DNA from: an uncultured Lachnotalea sp.
GTDB taxonomy: Bacteria; Bacillota; Clostridia; Lachnospirales; Lachnospiraceae
NCBI GenBank assembly: GCA_947066815.1
Contig: CAMSZT010000011.1
Coordinates: 2,567 to 66,566, forward strand
Direction: 5' to 3'
DNA length: 64,000 nucleotides
Below the pieces are notes generated by a model. It was not told where the DNA came from and made no database searches. It saw only the letters and a list, made by a program, of their open reading frames with translations. Both the position numbers and the translations under genes were made by a program. Below are positions 27,106 to 37,088 of the stretch, piece after piece (within the stretch, counting starts at the first letter, position 1; each line of letters begins with the position of its first letter).

Positions 27106-27984
27106 ATGGAATTGCGCAATCTCCTGACCTACAGCAAGGTATGTGAGTCAATGAGTTTTTCAAAAGCGGCGGATCAATTGGGATACGCACAGTCTACGGT
27201 TACGATGCAAATTGCGCAGTTGGAGGATGAACTGGGTGTCAGATTGTTTGACCGCAACGGAAAACGCTTTCGGCTGAACGCAAAAGGCGAGGAACTATTG
27301 ACCTATGCAAACCGACTAATTGCACTGTCGGAGGAAGCAAAGACCGCCGTGTCTGATACGCAAACACCTCGAGGTCTGCTTCGGATCGGAGTAATCGAAT
27401 CTGTCGGGGCCTTTTTCTTACCGCCTATTCTACAGGAATATCTCATCAGTTTTCCGGATGTCCGTGTGCAGGTTTTGACCGCAACCACACGGGAAATTAT
27501 GGGAATGTTACGACAAAACAAAATTGATCTGATGCTGACATTGGATGACCGGGTATATGACCCGGATTGGACTTGTATCTGGAGCCGGGAAGAAGATATC
27601 GTCTTTCTCTGCGCGCCCGAACATGCTTTTGCCGGACGTACAGACATCACGTTAGCAGAACTGCTGCAAGAAAACCTGCTGTTAACGGAACGCTGCTGTA
27701 ACTATCGGTACCGTTTTGAACACATCTGCGATAGGTATCAAATGCAACTCCGTTCCTCTCTTGAAATTGGATGTACCAATACGATCCTTCAGTTTACAGA
27801 ACATAATCTTGGAGTCACATTTTTGCCACGGCTTACCGCTCAGGCGAGTTTGCATACAAAACGGCTATCCGCTTTCTCAGTAAAGGAGGTGTCCATACGG
27901 ATGTTGATCCAACTGGTTTACCGGAAAAGTATGTGGTGTACTCCGGCAATGAAAGCATTCGTCGAAAAAGTAGCCGGGTATTAA
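27106..27984 (+). CDS. LysR family transcriptional regulator
   Basis: N-terminal HTH MELRNLLTYSKVCESMSFSKAADQLGYAQSTVTMQIAQLEDELGVRLFDR. Divergent from the nitrilase operon. Confidence 0.9.
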   Translation: MELRNLLTYSKVCESMSFSKAADQLGYAQSTVTMQIAQLEDELGVRLFDRNGKRFRLNAKGEELLTYANRLIALSEEAKTAVSDTQTPRGLLRIGVIESVGAFFLPPILQEYLISFPDVRVQVLTATTREIMGMLRQNKIDLMLTLDDRVYDPDWTCIWSREEDIVFLCAPEHAFAGRTDITLAELLQENLLLTERCCNYRYRFEHICDRYQMQLRSSLEIGCTNTILQFTEHNLGVTFLPRLTAQASLHTKRLSAFSVKEVSIRMLIQLVYRKSMWCTPAMKAFVEKVAGY

Positions 27985-27989
27985 GTGAT

Positions 27990-29357
27990 TCACACCCTCC
28001 CCCGTATCCATTTCCCGCTCTTATAGAACACGCAGGAGACCACCGTCGCCGTGGTCCAGCCCACCGGCCAGGACAGCCAGATCCCGGTGGAACCCAGGGC
28101 CGGGACCGCCGAAAAGGCAAAGGCCAGGACCACCCGCAGCACCAAATCCGTGAAGGTCGCCGTCATGAACTGCCGCATGGCCCCGGCCCCCCGAAGGACT
28201 CCGTCCGCCATCAGCTTCACGGACACCACAAAATAGAAAGGGGACACGATCCGAAGAAACTTCGCCCCGGTGGAAAGAGCCGCTCCTGCGCCGGCATCCT
28301 CCGGAAGGAACAGGCGGATCATGGCGCTCCCAAAGAAGAAAAAAGTGACGGCAAAGGGCACGGCGATCAGGAAGGCCAGCCGGATCCCCGCCCGAAGCCC
28401 CTCCTTCACCCGGCCGCACTTCCCCGCCCCCACGTTCTGGGCCGTAAAGCTGGAGAGACCGTTGGCCAGGGTCGTAAAGGACGTGATCGTGAAGGTATTC
28501 AGCTTGACGGCCGCCGAGTATCCGGCGATGACGGATGAGCCGAAGCCGTTGACCCGCCACTGGATAAAAATATTCCCGACGGAGATAAAGCTCTGCTGCA
28601 GGATGCTGGGCACGGCGATGCGGCCCACCCGTTTTAACATCAGGCCGGAAAACAGGGGCGGCCTCCCCTCCGTTTTGATCTTCCCCAGCCGGTACAAAAG
28701 AGTGAGAAACGCTAAGACACAGGCCACGCCCTGGGCCAGGAAGGTCGCCCAGGCCACGCCCGCCACACCCATATGGAAGGCGGTCACAAACCAGTAGTCC
28801 AGAAGGATATTGCTCAGGGAGGAACCGATCAGGAAATAGAGCGGCGTCCTGGAATCCCCCAGGGAAGTGAAGATTCCCGTACATATATTATATAGGAAGA
28901 GAAACAAAAATCCCCCGATGTAGATCCTCAGGTAAAGGGCCCCGTCCGCAAACACGTCCCGGGGCGTATTGAGGAGCAAAAGAAGTCCATCCGTCCCCAG
29001 AAGTCCGGCCGCCGTCAGCACGGCCGCCAGGACCGCCGAAGAAAACAGCGTCGTGGAGACGGCGGTCTTCATCTCCGTGTACCGTTTGGCCCCGAAAAGC
29101 TGGGAGATCACCACCGAGCAGCCGATGTTGCTCCCCACGGCCACTGCCATGAAGATCATGGTGATGGGATAAGAAGCCCCCACCGCCGCCAGGGCCGACT
29201 CCCCGGCGAACTTCCCGGCAATGGCGCTGTCGGCGATGTTATACAATTGCTGGAAGATCACGCTCACGAACATGGGAATGGAAAACCGCCAGAGCACCGA
29301 GGACGCCTTCCCCTCCGTCAGATCCTTCATCATCTCAGATTCCTCATCTCTCATCAT
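27990..29357 (-). CDS. MATE family efflux transporter
   Basis: 12-TM profile with the typical N-terminus LWRFSIPMFVSVIFQQLYNIADSAIAGKF. The start may be the internal MMKDL (29333). Confidence 0.88.
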   Translation of the reverse strand: MMRDEESEMMKDLTEGKASSVLWRFSIPMFVSVIFQQLYNIADSAIAGKFAGESALAAVGASYPITMIFMAVAVGSNIGCSVVISQLFGAKRYTEMKTAVSTTLFSSAVLAAVLTAAGLLGTDGLLLLLNTPRDVFADGALYLRIYIGGFLFLFLYNICTGIFTSLGDSRTPLYFLIGSSLSNILLDYWFVTAFHMGVAGVAWATFLAQGVACVLAFLTLLYRLGKIKTEGRPPLFSGLMLKRVGRIAVPSILQQSFISVGNIFIQWRVNGFGSSVIAGYSAAVKLNTFTITSFTTLANGLSSFTAQNVGAGKCGRVKEGLRAGIRLAFLIAVPFAVTFFFFGSAMIRLFLPEDAGAGAALSTGAKFLRIVSPFYFVVSVKLMADGVLRGAGAMRQFMTATFTDLVLRVVLAFAFSAVPALGSTGIWLSWPVGWTTATVVSCVFYKSGKWIRGRV

Positions 29358-29514
29358 AGAAGTTCCGGTTGCAATTTCATCTGTACGGAATTATACTACA
29401 ATTATATCCATTTGAAAACTTGCATTTTTCACGCTCATCCATAGAAAATATAAATGAATCATAGATGTCTGCGGTCCTGGCAAGCCGCTTTCCGAGAAAA
29501 GGAGGACCGCCCCC

Positions 29515-30408
29515 ATGTCCGTCAGCCTGGAATATTACAAAATCTTCTATTACGTCGCCAGATACAAAAACATTACCGCCGCCGCCAAGGCCCTGTTCCT
29601 GTCCCAGCCCACCGTCAGCCATTACATCCGGGGACTGGAGGAGGAACTGGGAGTCCCCCTGTTCGTCCGCGGCAAAAACGGCGTCGTCCTCACCCCGGAA
29701 GCAGAACTCCTCTTTCCCCATGCGAAACGGGCCTGCGAGGAGATCCGGGCCGCCGAGGAGCTTCTGGAATCCGCAAAATCCCTGACAGCCGGAAAACTGC
29801 AGATCGGCGCCAGCGAAATGACCCTCCACAATTTCCTCCTGCCCTACCTGGAACAGTTCAAAAACAAATACCCGGCCCTAAAGCTTAAAATATCCAGCAG
29901 CACCACGCCGGGAATCCTGAACGTCCTGCGGGAGGGCGCCGTGGAATTCGCCATCGTCATCTCCCCCCTGCCCGATACGGAGGGTTTTTCCGTCACGCCC
30001 CTGGCCGCCTTCCAGGACGTCGTCATCGCCGGAAGCCGTTTCCGGGAACTCCAGGGGCGCAGCATGAGCCTGCGAGAGCTGGCGGCTTACCCTCTGATCT
30101 GCCTGAGCCCCGGAACGGCCACCCGGTCTTTCCTGGAACAGCAGTTCCTGGACGAAGGCATTCCCCTGACGCCGGACGTGGAGCCCGCCACCACCGACCT
30201 GGTGACCCCCCTCGCCGCCCACAACCTGGGGCTCGGCTTCGTGCCCGAAGATTTCGCCGCCGAAGCCATAAAAAACGGCCGCGTGTTCCGCATTCCCCTG
30301 AAAAAAGAACTGCCGCCCCGCCACGTCTGCGTGGTGAGCGACAGTTCCCATCCCATCTCCCTGGCCGGGAAGCAGTTCATGGAGCTGCTCCCCACCTATA
30401 CTGGTTAA
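29515..30408 (+). CDS. LysR family transcriptional regulator
   Basis: HTH LEYYKIFYYVARYKNITAAAKALFLSQPTVSHYIRGLEEELGVPLFVR. Divergent from the MATE gene. Confidence 0.9.
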   Translation: MSVSLEYYKIFYYVARYKNITAAAKALFLSQPTVSHYIRGLEEELGVPLFVRGKNGVVLTPEAELLFPHAKRACEEIRAAEELLESAKSLTAGKLQIGASEMTLHNFLLPYLEQFKNKYPALKLKISSSTTPGILNVLREGAVEFAIVISPLPDTEGFSVTPLAAFQDVVIAGSRFRELQGRSMSLRELAAYPLICLSPGTATRSFLEQQFLDEGIPLTPDVEPATTDLVTPLAAHNLGLGFVPEDFAAEAIKNGRVFRIPLKKELPPRHVCVVSDSSHPISLAGKQFMELLPTYTG

Positions 30409-30413
30409 ATGTT

Positions 30414-33059
30414 CTATTTCCCGAGCTGCGCCAGCCGCTCCTTCACCTGGGCCATCATCTGCTCATACTTCTCAAGCTTCTCCCGCTCCGCCTGGATCTT
30501 GGCCTGGGGTGCGCGGCTCACGAACTTCTCATTGTCCAGCATTCCCCGAGAACGGGCCAGTTCCTTGTTTAACCGCTCCTCTTCTTTCTGGAGGCGTTCG
30601 ATCTCCTTGGCCGTATCCACCAGTTCTGCGAGCGGCATGTAGACCACGGCCTTCGCCGTCACGGCGGAGACGGCGTCCTTTGGGATCCCCGCCTTGTCCG
30701 CCTGCACCGTCACCTCGCCGGCAGAGCCCAAGGTGGCAAAGAACACCTTGCCGTTCTCAAAGATTTCCCGGACCGCCCCGTCCCCGGAAACCACAAACAC
30801 GCTGGCCTTCCGGCTGGGCGGCACGTTCATGGAGGTGCGCACGCCCCGGATGGCCCGGACCGCTTCCTTGATGGTCTCCACCGCCGTCTCGTCCTCCGCA
30901 AACTCCCACTCGGCCTTAAATTCCGGCCAGGAGGAGATCATGATGGATTCCTCCTCGTCCTGCAGGTTGCAGAAGATTTCCTCCGTGATGAAAGGCATGT
31001 ACGGGTGCAGAAGCTTCAGAGACTGGATGAGCACCGTTTTCAAAGTCCAGAGGGCCGCCGCCTTCGTCTCGTCGTCGTCATTGTACAGGCGGGGCTTCAC
31101 CATCTCGATGTACCAGTCGCAGAATTCCTCCCAGATAAAGTCGTAGACCTTCTGGAGGGCGATCCCCATCTCGTACTTGTCCAGGTTCTCCGTCACGTCC
31201 TTCGTCAGGGTGTTGACCTTGGAGAGAATCCACTTGTCAGCCCCGGTCAGGCTGTCCACGCCCACCTCGTGGACGGAGGCACGGGACATGTTCATCAGGA
31301 TGAAGCGGGATGCGTTCCAGACCTTGTTGGCAAAATTCCGGCTGGCCTCCACCCGCTCCCAGTAGAACCGCATGTCGTTGCCGGGTGCGTTTCCGGTGAT
31401 CAGAGTCATGCGCAGGGCGTCGGCACCGTACTTGTCCACCACCTCCAGGGGATCGATGCCGTTTCCGAGGGACTTGCTCATCTTCCTGCCCAGGGAATCC
31501 CGCACCAGGCCGTGGATCAGCACCGTGTGGAAAGGCTCCTTCCCGGTCTGCTCAAGGCCCGAGAACACCATGCGGATGACCCAGAAGAAAATGATGTCGT
31601 AGCCGGTCACCAGCACGTCGGTGGGATAGAAATAATCCAGCTCCGGCGTCTTCTCCGGCCAGCCAAGGGTCGAGAAGGGCCAGAGGGCCGAGGAGAACCA
31701 GGTATCCAGCGTGTCCTCGTCCTGGACCATGTGGGCGCAGCCGCATTTCGGGCAGACCTTGGGCGCTTCCTTTGCAACCACCATCTCGCCGCACTTCTCG
31801 CAGTAATAAGCCGGAATCCGGTGTCCCCACCAGATCTGCCTGGAAATGCACCAGTCCCGGATGTTCTCCAGCCAGTGGAGATAGGTCTTTCCGAAACTCT
31901 CCGGCACGAACTTCAGTCTCCCGGACTTTAACGCCTCGATGGCCGGCTTCGCCATCTCGTCCATCTTCACGAACCACTGCTGCTTCACCATGGGCTCGAT
32001 GGTGGTCTTGCACCGGTCATGAGTTCCCACGTTGTGGGAGTGGTCGGCCACCTTCACCAGAAGGCCCAGCCCCGAGAGCTCCTCCACGATGGCCTTCCTG
32101 GCCGCATAGCGCTCCATGCCCTGGTACTTGCCGCCGTTCTCATTGATAGTGGCGTCGTCATTCAGGATGTTGATCTCCGGAAGGTTATGCCGCTTCCCCA
32201 CCTCGAAGTCGTTCGGGTCATGGGCGGGCGTGATCTTCACACAGCCGGTCCCGAACTCCCTGTCCACGTATTCGTCGGCCACCACGGGGATCTCCCGGTT
32301 CACGATGGGCAGGATCAGCATCTTCCCCACCAGGTCCTTGTAGCGCTCGTCATCCGGGTGGACGGCCACCGCCGTGTCGCCCAGCATGGTTTCCGGCCTG
32401 GTGGTGGCGATCTCCACGAACCGCCCCGGCTCCCCCTTCACCGGATAATTGATATGCCAGAAATGGCCCGCCTGCTCCTCGTGGACCACCTCCGCATCGG
32501 AGATCGACGTCTGGCACTCCGGGCACCAGTTGATGATGCGGGAGCCCTTGTAAATATAGCCCTTCTCATAAAGGCGGATGAACACCTCCAAAACCGCATC
32601 GGAACAGCCCTTGTCCATGGTGAACCGCTCCCGCTCCCAGTCCGCCGAAGAGCCCAGCTTCTTGAGCTGCCGCACGATCCTTCCGCCGTACTCCTCCTTC
32701 CAGGCCCAGACATGCTCCAGAAATTCCTCTCTGGTCAGGTCGTCCTTGTTGATGCCTTCGCTGCGGAGCTTGTCGATGACCTTCACCTCCGTGGAAATGG
32801 CCGCATGGTCCGTTCCCGGCTGCCACAGGGCCGAATAGCCCTGCATCCGTTTGTAGCGGATCAGAATGTCCTGCATGGTATTGTCCAGGGCGTGGCCCAT
32901 GTGAAGCTGGCCCGTGATGTTGGGCGGCGGCATCACGATGGTGAAGGGCTTCTTGTCCCGGTCCACCTCGGCGTGAAAATAATTCTTCTCCATCCACCGC
33001 TCATACAGCCTGTCCTCGATGGCCTGTGGATTGTAGGTCTTTTCCAGTTCTCTGCTCAT
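30414..33059 (-). CDS. valS: valine--tRNA ligase
   Basis: [14 protein letters not shown] and KMSKSLGN motifs with a C-terminal coiled coil. Start at [15 protein letters not shown] (ATG 33059, RBS gaaaggaaagg). The ORF-track extension runs through upstream tandem repeats. Confidence 0.95.
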   Translation of the reverse strand: MSRELEKTYNPQAIEDRLYERWMEKNYFHAEVDRDKKPFTIVMPPPNITGQLHMGHALDNTMQDILIRYKRMQGYSALWQPGTDHAAISTEVKVIDKLRSEGINKDDLTREEFLEHVWAWKEEYGGRIVRQLKKLGSSADWERERFTMDKGCSDAVLEVFIRLYEKGYIYKGSRIINWCPECQTSISDAEVVHEEQAGHFWHINYPVKGEPGRFVEIATTRPETMLGDTAVAVHPDDERYKDLVGKMLILPIVNREIPVVADEYVDREFGTGCVKITPAHDPNDFEVGKRHNLPEINILNDDATINENGGKYQGMERYAARKAIVEELSGLGLLVKVADHSHNVGTHDRCKTTIEPMVKQQWFVKMDEMAKPAIEALKSGRLKFVPESFGKTYLHWLENIRDWCISRQIWWGHRIPAYYCEKCGEMVVAKEAPKVCPKCGCAHMVQDEDTLDTWFSSALWPFSTLGWPEKTPELDYFYPTDVLVTGYDIIFFWVIRMVFSGLEQTGKEPFHTVLIHGLVRDSLGRKMSKSLGNGIDPLEVVDKYGADALRMTLITGNAPGNDMRFYWERVEASRNFANKVWNASRFILMNMSRASVHEVGVDSLTGADKWILSKVNTLTKDVTENLDKYEMGIALQKVYDFIWEEFCDWYIEMVKPRLYNDDDETKAAALWTLKTVLIQSLKLLHPYMPFITEEIFCNLQDEEESIMISSWPEFKAEWEFAEDETAVETIKEAVRAIRGVRTSMNVPPSRKASVFVVSGDGAVREIFENGKVFFATLGSAGEVTVQADKAGIPKDAVSAVTAKAVVYMPLAELVDTAKEIERLQKEEERLNKELARSRGMLDNEKFVSRAPQAKIQAEREKLEKYEQMMAQVKERLAQLGK

Positions 33060-33084
33060 AAATTCCTTTCCTTTCTCCGATATG

Positions 33085-33290
33085 TGCCGCTGGCTAATTT
33101 CCTCTTGCGCCCCCACGCTGTTCGAGCAGGGAAGAGGGGGTTTTCCCTGCTCGCCGTGCGGGGCGCACGCCGCATAGCGGCTAATTTCCTCTTGCGCCCC
33201 ACGCTGTTCGAGCAGGGAAGAGGGGTTTTTCCCTGCTCGCCGTGCGGGGCGCACGCCGCATAGCGGCTAATTTCCTCTTGCGCCCCTGCA
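33085..33290 (-). repeat. 86-87 bp tandem repeat, about 2.3 copies, inside the valS 5' UTR
   Basis: Unit starts (ggctaatttcctcttgcgcc) at 33092, 33179 and 33265. Each unit can fold as GCGCCCCGCACG..GAGCAGGGAA-loop-TTCCCTGCTC..CGTGGGGCGC on the minus strand. Confidence 0.9.
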
Positions 33291-33628
33291 CATAAAACGC
33301 CCTTCTCCGTCTTTTGACGAAAAAGGGCGAATGCATCGCGGTACCACCTTATTTCAACCACGGCCGCAGACATCCTGCCGCCGCAGTCCTCTCATGCCCT
33401 ATAACGGGGGCAGGTCCGGGACCTCCTACTTGCTCTCCCGACGCAGACAGGACAGGCGTCCCGCAAGACCGCTCCTTTGTCCATCCCAGTCAAGTTTCAG
33501 AAATCCGGCTCAGAAGCTACCTTCCGCCGATGCGTCCATGGACGGCCTCTCAGCCGGTGGACCGTCCTCTCTGCATGTGCCCTTCGGCGTACTCCTCTTC
33601 CTCACAGCCTGTAGCTATTTGCAAATCT
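33291..33628 (-). promoter_or_regulatory. T-box leader, valine (GUA specifier)
   Basis: Minus strand shows AGAGA, the distal GGcTGaGA element, the specifier context GGAAGGUAGC, and the T-box GGTGGTACCGCG (complement of 33337-33348). The terminator CGCCCTTTTTCGTC..GACGGAGAAGGGCG plus TTTTAT lies at 33294-33329. Confidence 0.9.
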
Positions 33629-33634
33629 GCAAGG

Positions 33635-33663
33635 ATTATACTATAGAAGGCGAAGTTTGTAAA
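33635..33663 (-). promoter_or_regulatory. sigma-A type promoter of the valS leader
   Basis: Minus strand TTTACA (33663-33658), 17 nt spacer, TATAAT (33640-33635). Confidence 0.6.
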
Positions 33664-33669
33664 GGGGAT

Positions 33670-34047
33670 TTATTTCGCAGCGGAAAACTCCGCCGCCTCC
33701 TTCACCCAGGCCATCAGCTCGCCGTCCACCGCCTCCGGTTCGCCGATCAGGACGTGATGCGTCCAGCGGCCGGGATAAGGCTCCGTCGCCACGTCGATGC
33801 GGGGCGATTCCACTTTATGTCCCAGCCCGAAAGTCACCACGATGTACGCCTTTGGACAATTCTTCTTCTTCCTCACCCTCGCAAAGGAAACACAGGCAAA
33901 TAAATGCCGGTTGCAAAACGAGATCTGGCTTTTCTGCACTTTGATCCGCACGTCTGCGATCTCGCCCGTGACCCGGCCCTCGAAGGCCTCATATAACGGA
34001 AGCGCCTCCATATGTCCGTCAAAGAATCGCAGTCTGTCGCCATCCAT
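33670..34047 (-). CDS. small conserved protein (DUF4287/DUF5655-like, assignment uncertain)
   Basis: 125-aa ORF with compact, non-low-complexity sequence, flanked by the valS promoter and the divergent surface-protein gene. Confidence 0.6.
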   Translation of the reverse strand: MDGDRLRFFDGHMEALPLYEAFEGRVTGEIADVRIKVQKSQISFCNRHLFACVSFARVRKKKNCPKAYIVVTFGLGHKVESPRIDVATEPYPGRWTHHVLIGEPEAVDGELMAWVKEAAEFSAAK

Positions 34048-34256
34048 ACATTTCCTCCCAAATGCGAATACGATAACTTCTCTATTACAGAGATTACCAC
34101 ATCAGGCACACAAGTCAAGAAAATTTTTATAAAGCCCTCTGTTCGTGCCGGAAAGCCGCCGTTCGTGCCGTCCCCCCGCCCCTCCGCACAAAAGCTGATA
34201 TAATGTTGCCATTGAAAAAATTCACAAAAAATCACCTTATTACGGGAGGAAGACTC

Positions 34257-36917
34257 ATGAACGCCCTGAAAAACAGGAAACGATCAATCGCATCCATAAA
34301 CCCATCCATGCCATCCAGGAACCCGTCAGCAAAGAGACACCTCGTATTCATCCTGGCCCTGCTGCTGGCACTGTGCCTGCTTCCGCTCCCTTCCCGGGCG
34401 GCAGACGGAAACTGGACCGACGGGCTGGCCACGGCTCCTGACGGATATGCCGACGACGGCAGCGGCACCATCACCGTCACCACCGCCGAGGGCCTGGCCT
34501 GGCTGGCCGTCCAGACCGACGGCCTGAACGGCGCGGCGCCGGACGACTTCTCGGGAAAAATCGTCGTCCTCGGGGCCGACATCGACTTGAGCGGGAAAAA
34601 CTGGACCCCCATCGGAACGGAAAACGCTCCCTTCCGGGGAAGCTTTGACGGCCAGGGCCACACCATATCCGGAATGACCCTCCAAGCGGACGGCACGGAA
34701 AAGACCGCCGGCCTTTTCGGCCGTGTCTTTTTCAACGGCTCTGCCGACGCCCCCGCCTATATCCGTGACCTCGCCCTGACCGACATCCGGATGACCATCG
34801 GGGCCATTCCCAGCTTTTCCTACGCCGGCGGCCTGGCCGGTGAGGCGATGGCCGGCTGCGGACTGATCTCCGGCTGCACCGTGAGCGGCCAGATCCAGTG
34901 CACCGCCCCCGTCAGCTCCCTCTACACAGGCGGCCTGATCGGCATGGTCAATCCCACAAGCAACGTCGAACGTGCCATCCGGCTGGAAAACTGCCATGCG
35001 GACGTGGAAATTTCCGGTTCCCTCTCCAAGGCGGGCGGCTTCGTGGGCGGAGTCGGGGACAACGCCGATATCGCCGGCTGCGGCGCCTCCGGGAACATCA
35101 CCTGCCCCGCTTCCGCTGCCGACGTCCAGTCCGGCGGCTTTGCGGGCGAGATCGCCCCCGTCAACGGCTCCGTCTCCATCCGAAACTGCTACGCCACCGG
35201 AGATTCGGACGTTGCGTCCGCCGGGCCCTCCTACGCAGGCGGGTTCGCAGGCTACGTGGGGGGCACCGGCATCCTTCTGAAAAACTGCATGTCCTCCGGC
35301 AGCGTCTCCCTCTCCTCCGCCTCCCCGAATCCCCTGCTGTTCGCCGGAGGCTTTGGCGGCGTCCTGATGGACGGAACCACCTCTGCGGACTGCTATGCCA
35401 CCGGAAGCATCTCCGTGAGCGGCGGAGCTGCCGCCATCGGCGGCGGTTTTTCCGGCACCTCCCAGAATAGCGCCGCCGTGAACTGCTATGCGGCGGGAAA
35501 CGTCACCGCATCCGGGGACGGACAGAACCGGGCCTACGGCTTCACCGGAAATGCCTCCGCCGGCAGTGACTTTGAAAACTGCTACGCCCTGGGGAAGGAG
35601 ATGTCGGCCTCCGGCGGAACCCCCACCGTCAGCCCCTTCCTGTCCACAAACGCTTCCGTCACCGTGACAGACTGCGGCTGGCATGCCGACATGGACTTCG
35701 GCTCCCTGACTCCCATATCCAACGGCGGAACAAACAACGGTACTTTTGACGCACTCCGTCCGGAAGAGATCGTCGAAAGGCTTTCCGCCCTCCCGGACAG
35801 CAGCTGGACGGCGGGAGAGGACGGACGGCCCATCTTAAAAGACGTACCCGCATCCGTTCAGACGACCGGCAAGCTGGATTACGTCTATCCGGTCGTCACC
35901 TTCGACACCATGGGGGGAAGCCCCGTGACCTCCCGGTCCGTCGCCTACGGCAAGACGGTGGCGCCTCCCGAACCCCCGGTCCGGGACGGATACCGGTTCG
36001 ACGGCTGGTACGAAAGCAATGACGGCGGCACGACCCTGTCCGACGCCCCCTTCGACTTTGGCACCGCCGTCACCCGTACCATGACCCTCTACGCCAAATG
36101 GATCCCCCTCCACGCCATCCGTCTCCAGGCAGACCCGGCCGAGGGCGGCACGGTCGCCGGGGCAGGAACTTATCCGGCAGGAGAGACCGTCACCGTCACG
36201 GCCGTCACGGCCGAAGGCTGGCAATTCCTCCGGTGGACCGAAGACGGACAGGAAGTCAGCACGGAGGCAGACTATTCCTTCCCGGCAGAGGCAGACCGCA
36301 CCCTCACCGCAGAGTTTAAGGCCCTTCCGGAAATCACGGTCACCCTGCTTGCGTCTCCCTCCCGGGGCGGCACGGTCTCTGGCGGCGGCACCTTCCGTGA
36401 GGGCCAGCCCGTCGCCGTCACGGCCGTCCCCGAAAAGGGCTACCGCTTTGTCCGGTGGAGCGAGAACGGAAGAACCGTGAGCGAAAGCCAGACCTTCCGC
36501 TTTACGGCATCCACGAACCGCGCCCTCACCGCAGAATTCGAATCCTCCGAAACGCAGACAGCGCCCGGCAATGACGAAAACCAGACAGATCCCGGCAATG
36601 GCGGTGGCCAGGCGGGCTCTGGCAATGGCGGCGGCCAGACAAGGCCCGGTAACGGCGGCAGTCAGGCGGGCTCCGGTAATAGTGGAGGTCAGACAGGCTC
36701 CGGCAGCAGCGGAATCCAGGCGGGCTCCGGTAATAGCGGAGGTCAGACAGGCTCCGGCAGCAGCGGAATCCAGGCGGCCCCCGGCAATAGCGGAGGCCAG
36801 ACAGGCTCCGGCACCGGCGACACCCGCCCCTTAAGCCTCCTGTGGTTCCTGTTCCTCACTTCCTTCGGGACCCTCTCCGCCCTGTCCTTCCGGGCAGAAC
36901 GGGCCAAAAAGCGCTGA
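34257..36917 (+). CDS. large secreted surface protein with GLUG-type repeats, Listeria-Bacteroides/InlB-B-type repeat domains and a C-terminal TM anchor
   Basis: Signal peptide HLVFILALLLALCLLPLPSRAADG. Repeated GGLAG/GGLIG/GGFVG/GGFAG motifs. VTFDTMGGSPV...DGYRFDGWY...LYAKW domain and two further Ig-like repeats (GWQFLRWTEDG, GYRFVRWSENG). A G/S/Q-rich repeat tract, then a hydrophobic tail plus RAERAKKR. Start at MNALKNRK (34257). Confidence 0.85.
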   Translation: MNALKNRKRSIASINPSMPSRNPSAKRHLVFILALLLALCLLPLPSRAADGNWTDGLATAPDGYADDGSGTITVTTAEGLAWLAVQTDGLNGAAPDDFSGKIVVLGADIDLSGKNWTPIGTENAPFRGSFDGQGHTISGMTLQADGTEKTAGLFGRVFFNGSADAPAYIRDLALTDIRMTIGAIPSFSYAGGLAGEAMAGCGLISGCTVSGQIQCTAPVSSLYTGGLIGMVNPTSNVERAIRLENCHADVEISGSLSKAGGFVGGVGDNADIAGCGASGNITCPASAADVQSGGFAGEIAPVNGSVSIRNCYATGDSDVASAGPSYAGGFAGYVGGTGILLKNCMSSGSVSLSSASPNPLLFAGGFGGVLMDGTTSADCYATGSISVSGGAAAIGGGFSGTSQNSAAVNCYAAGNVTASGDGQNRAYGFTGNASAGSDFENCYALGKEMSASGGTPTVSPFLSTNASVTVTDCGWHADMDFGSLTPISNGGTNNGTFDALRPEEIVERLSALPDSSWTAGEDGRPILKDVPASVQTTGKLDYVYPVVTFDTMGGSPVTSRSVAYGKTVAPPEPPVRDGYRFDGWYESNDGGTTLSDAPFDFGTAVTRTMTLYAKWIPLHAIRLQADPAEGGTVAGAGTYPAGETVTVTAVTAEGWQFLRWTEDGQEVSTEADYSFPAEADRTLTAEFKALPEITVTLLASPSRGGTVSGGGTFREGQPVAVTAVPEKGYRFVRWSENGRTVSESQTFRFTASTNRALTAEFESSETQTAPGNDENQTDPGNGGGQAGSGNGGGQTRPGNGGSQAGSGNSGGQTGSGSSGIQAGSGNSGGQTGSGSSGIQAAPGNSGGQTGSGTGDTRPLSLLWFLFLTSFGTLSALSFRAERAKKR

Positions 36918-36935
36918 ATGGCCCGCCACGACAAA

Positions 36936-36975
36936 AGCCAGGATGCAGAACCTTCCGCATTCTGGCTTTCTGTTT
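36936..36975 (+). terminator. intrinsic terminator after the surface-protein gene
   Basis: AGCCAGGATGCAGAA-cc-TTCCGCATTCTGGCT followed by TTCTGTTT. Confidence 0.6.
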
Positions 36976-37088
36976 CGAAATCTACTGGAAATCACCCGCT
37001 TTTTATGCTATACTTTCCGTAGAAAACAATCTATCAAACACCGCAATTCTATAAATGGATCAATCTGAAGCAAAGGAGAGAAAACGGC

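Noticed and set aside
33085-33290. Possible CRISPR array (also considered for 12780-12845 and the 48-bp larC repeats)
   Set aside because: The repeats are directly tandem without unique spacers. No cas genes are in the window. Unit lengths and organisation do not fit CRISPR.
33059-33373. N-terminal extension of the valS ORF (to 33254) and a 105-aa ORF (33056-33373) across the tandem repeats
   Set aside because: The frames stay open only because the 87-bp unit is a multiple of 3 and lacks stops. ValS homology starts at ATG 33059 with its own RBS. The region includes the T-box terminator.
34326-35684. 452-aa minus-strand ORF opposite the GLUG surface-protein gene
   Set aside because: Gly/Ala/Asp-rich antisense artefact of a GC-rich repetitive gene. 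The + strand has a signal peptide and domain repeats.
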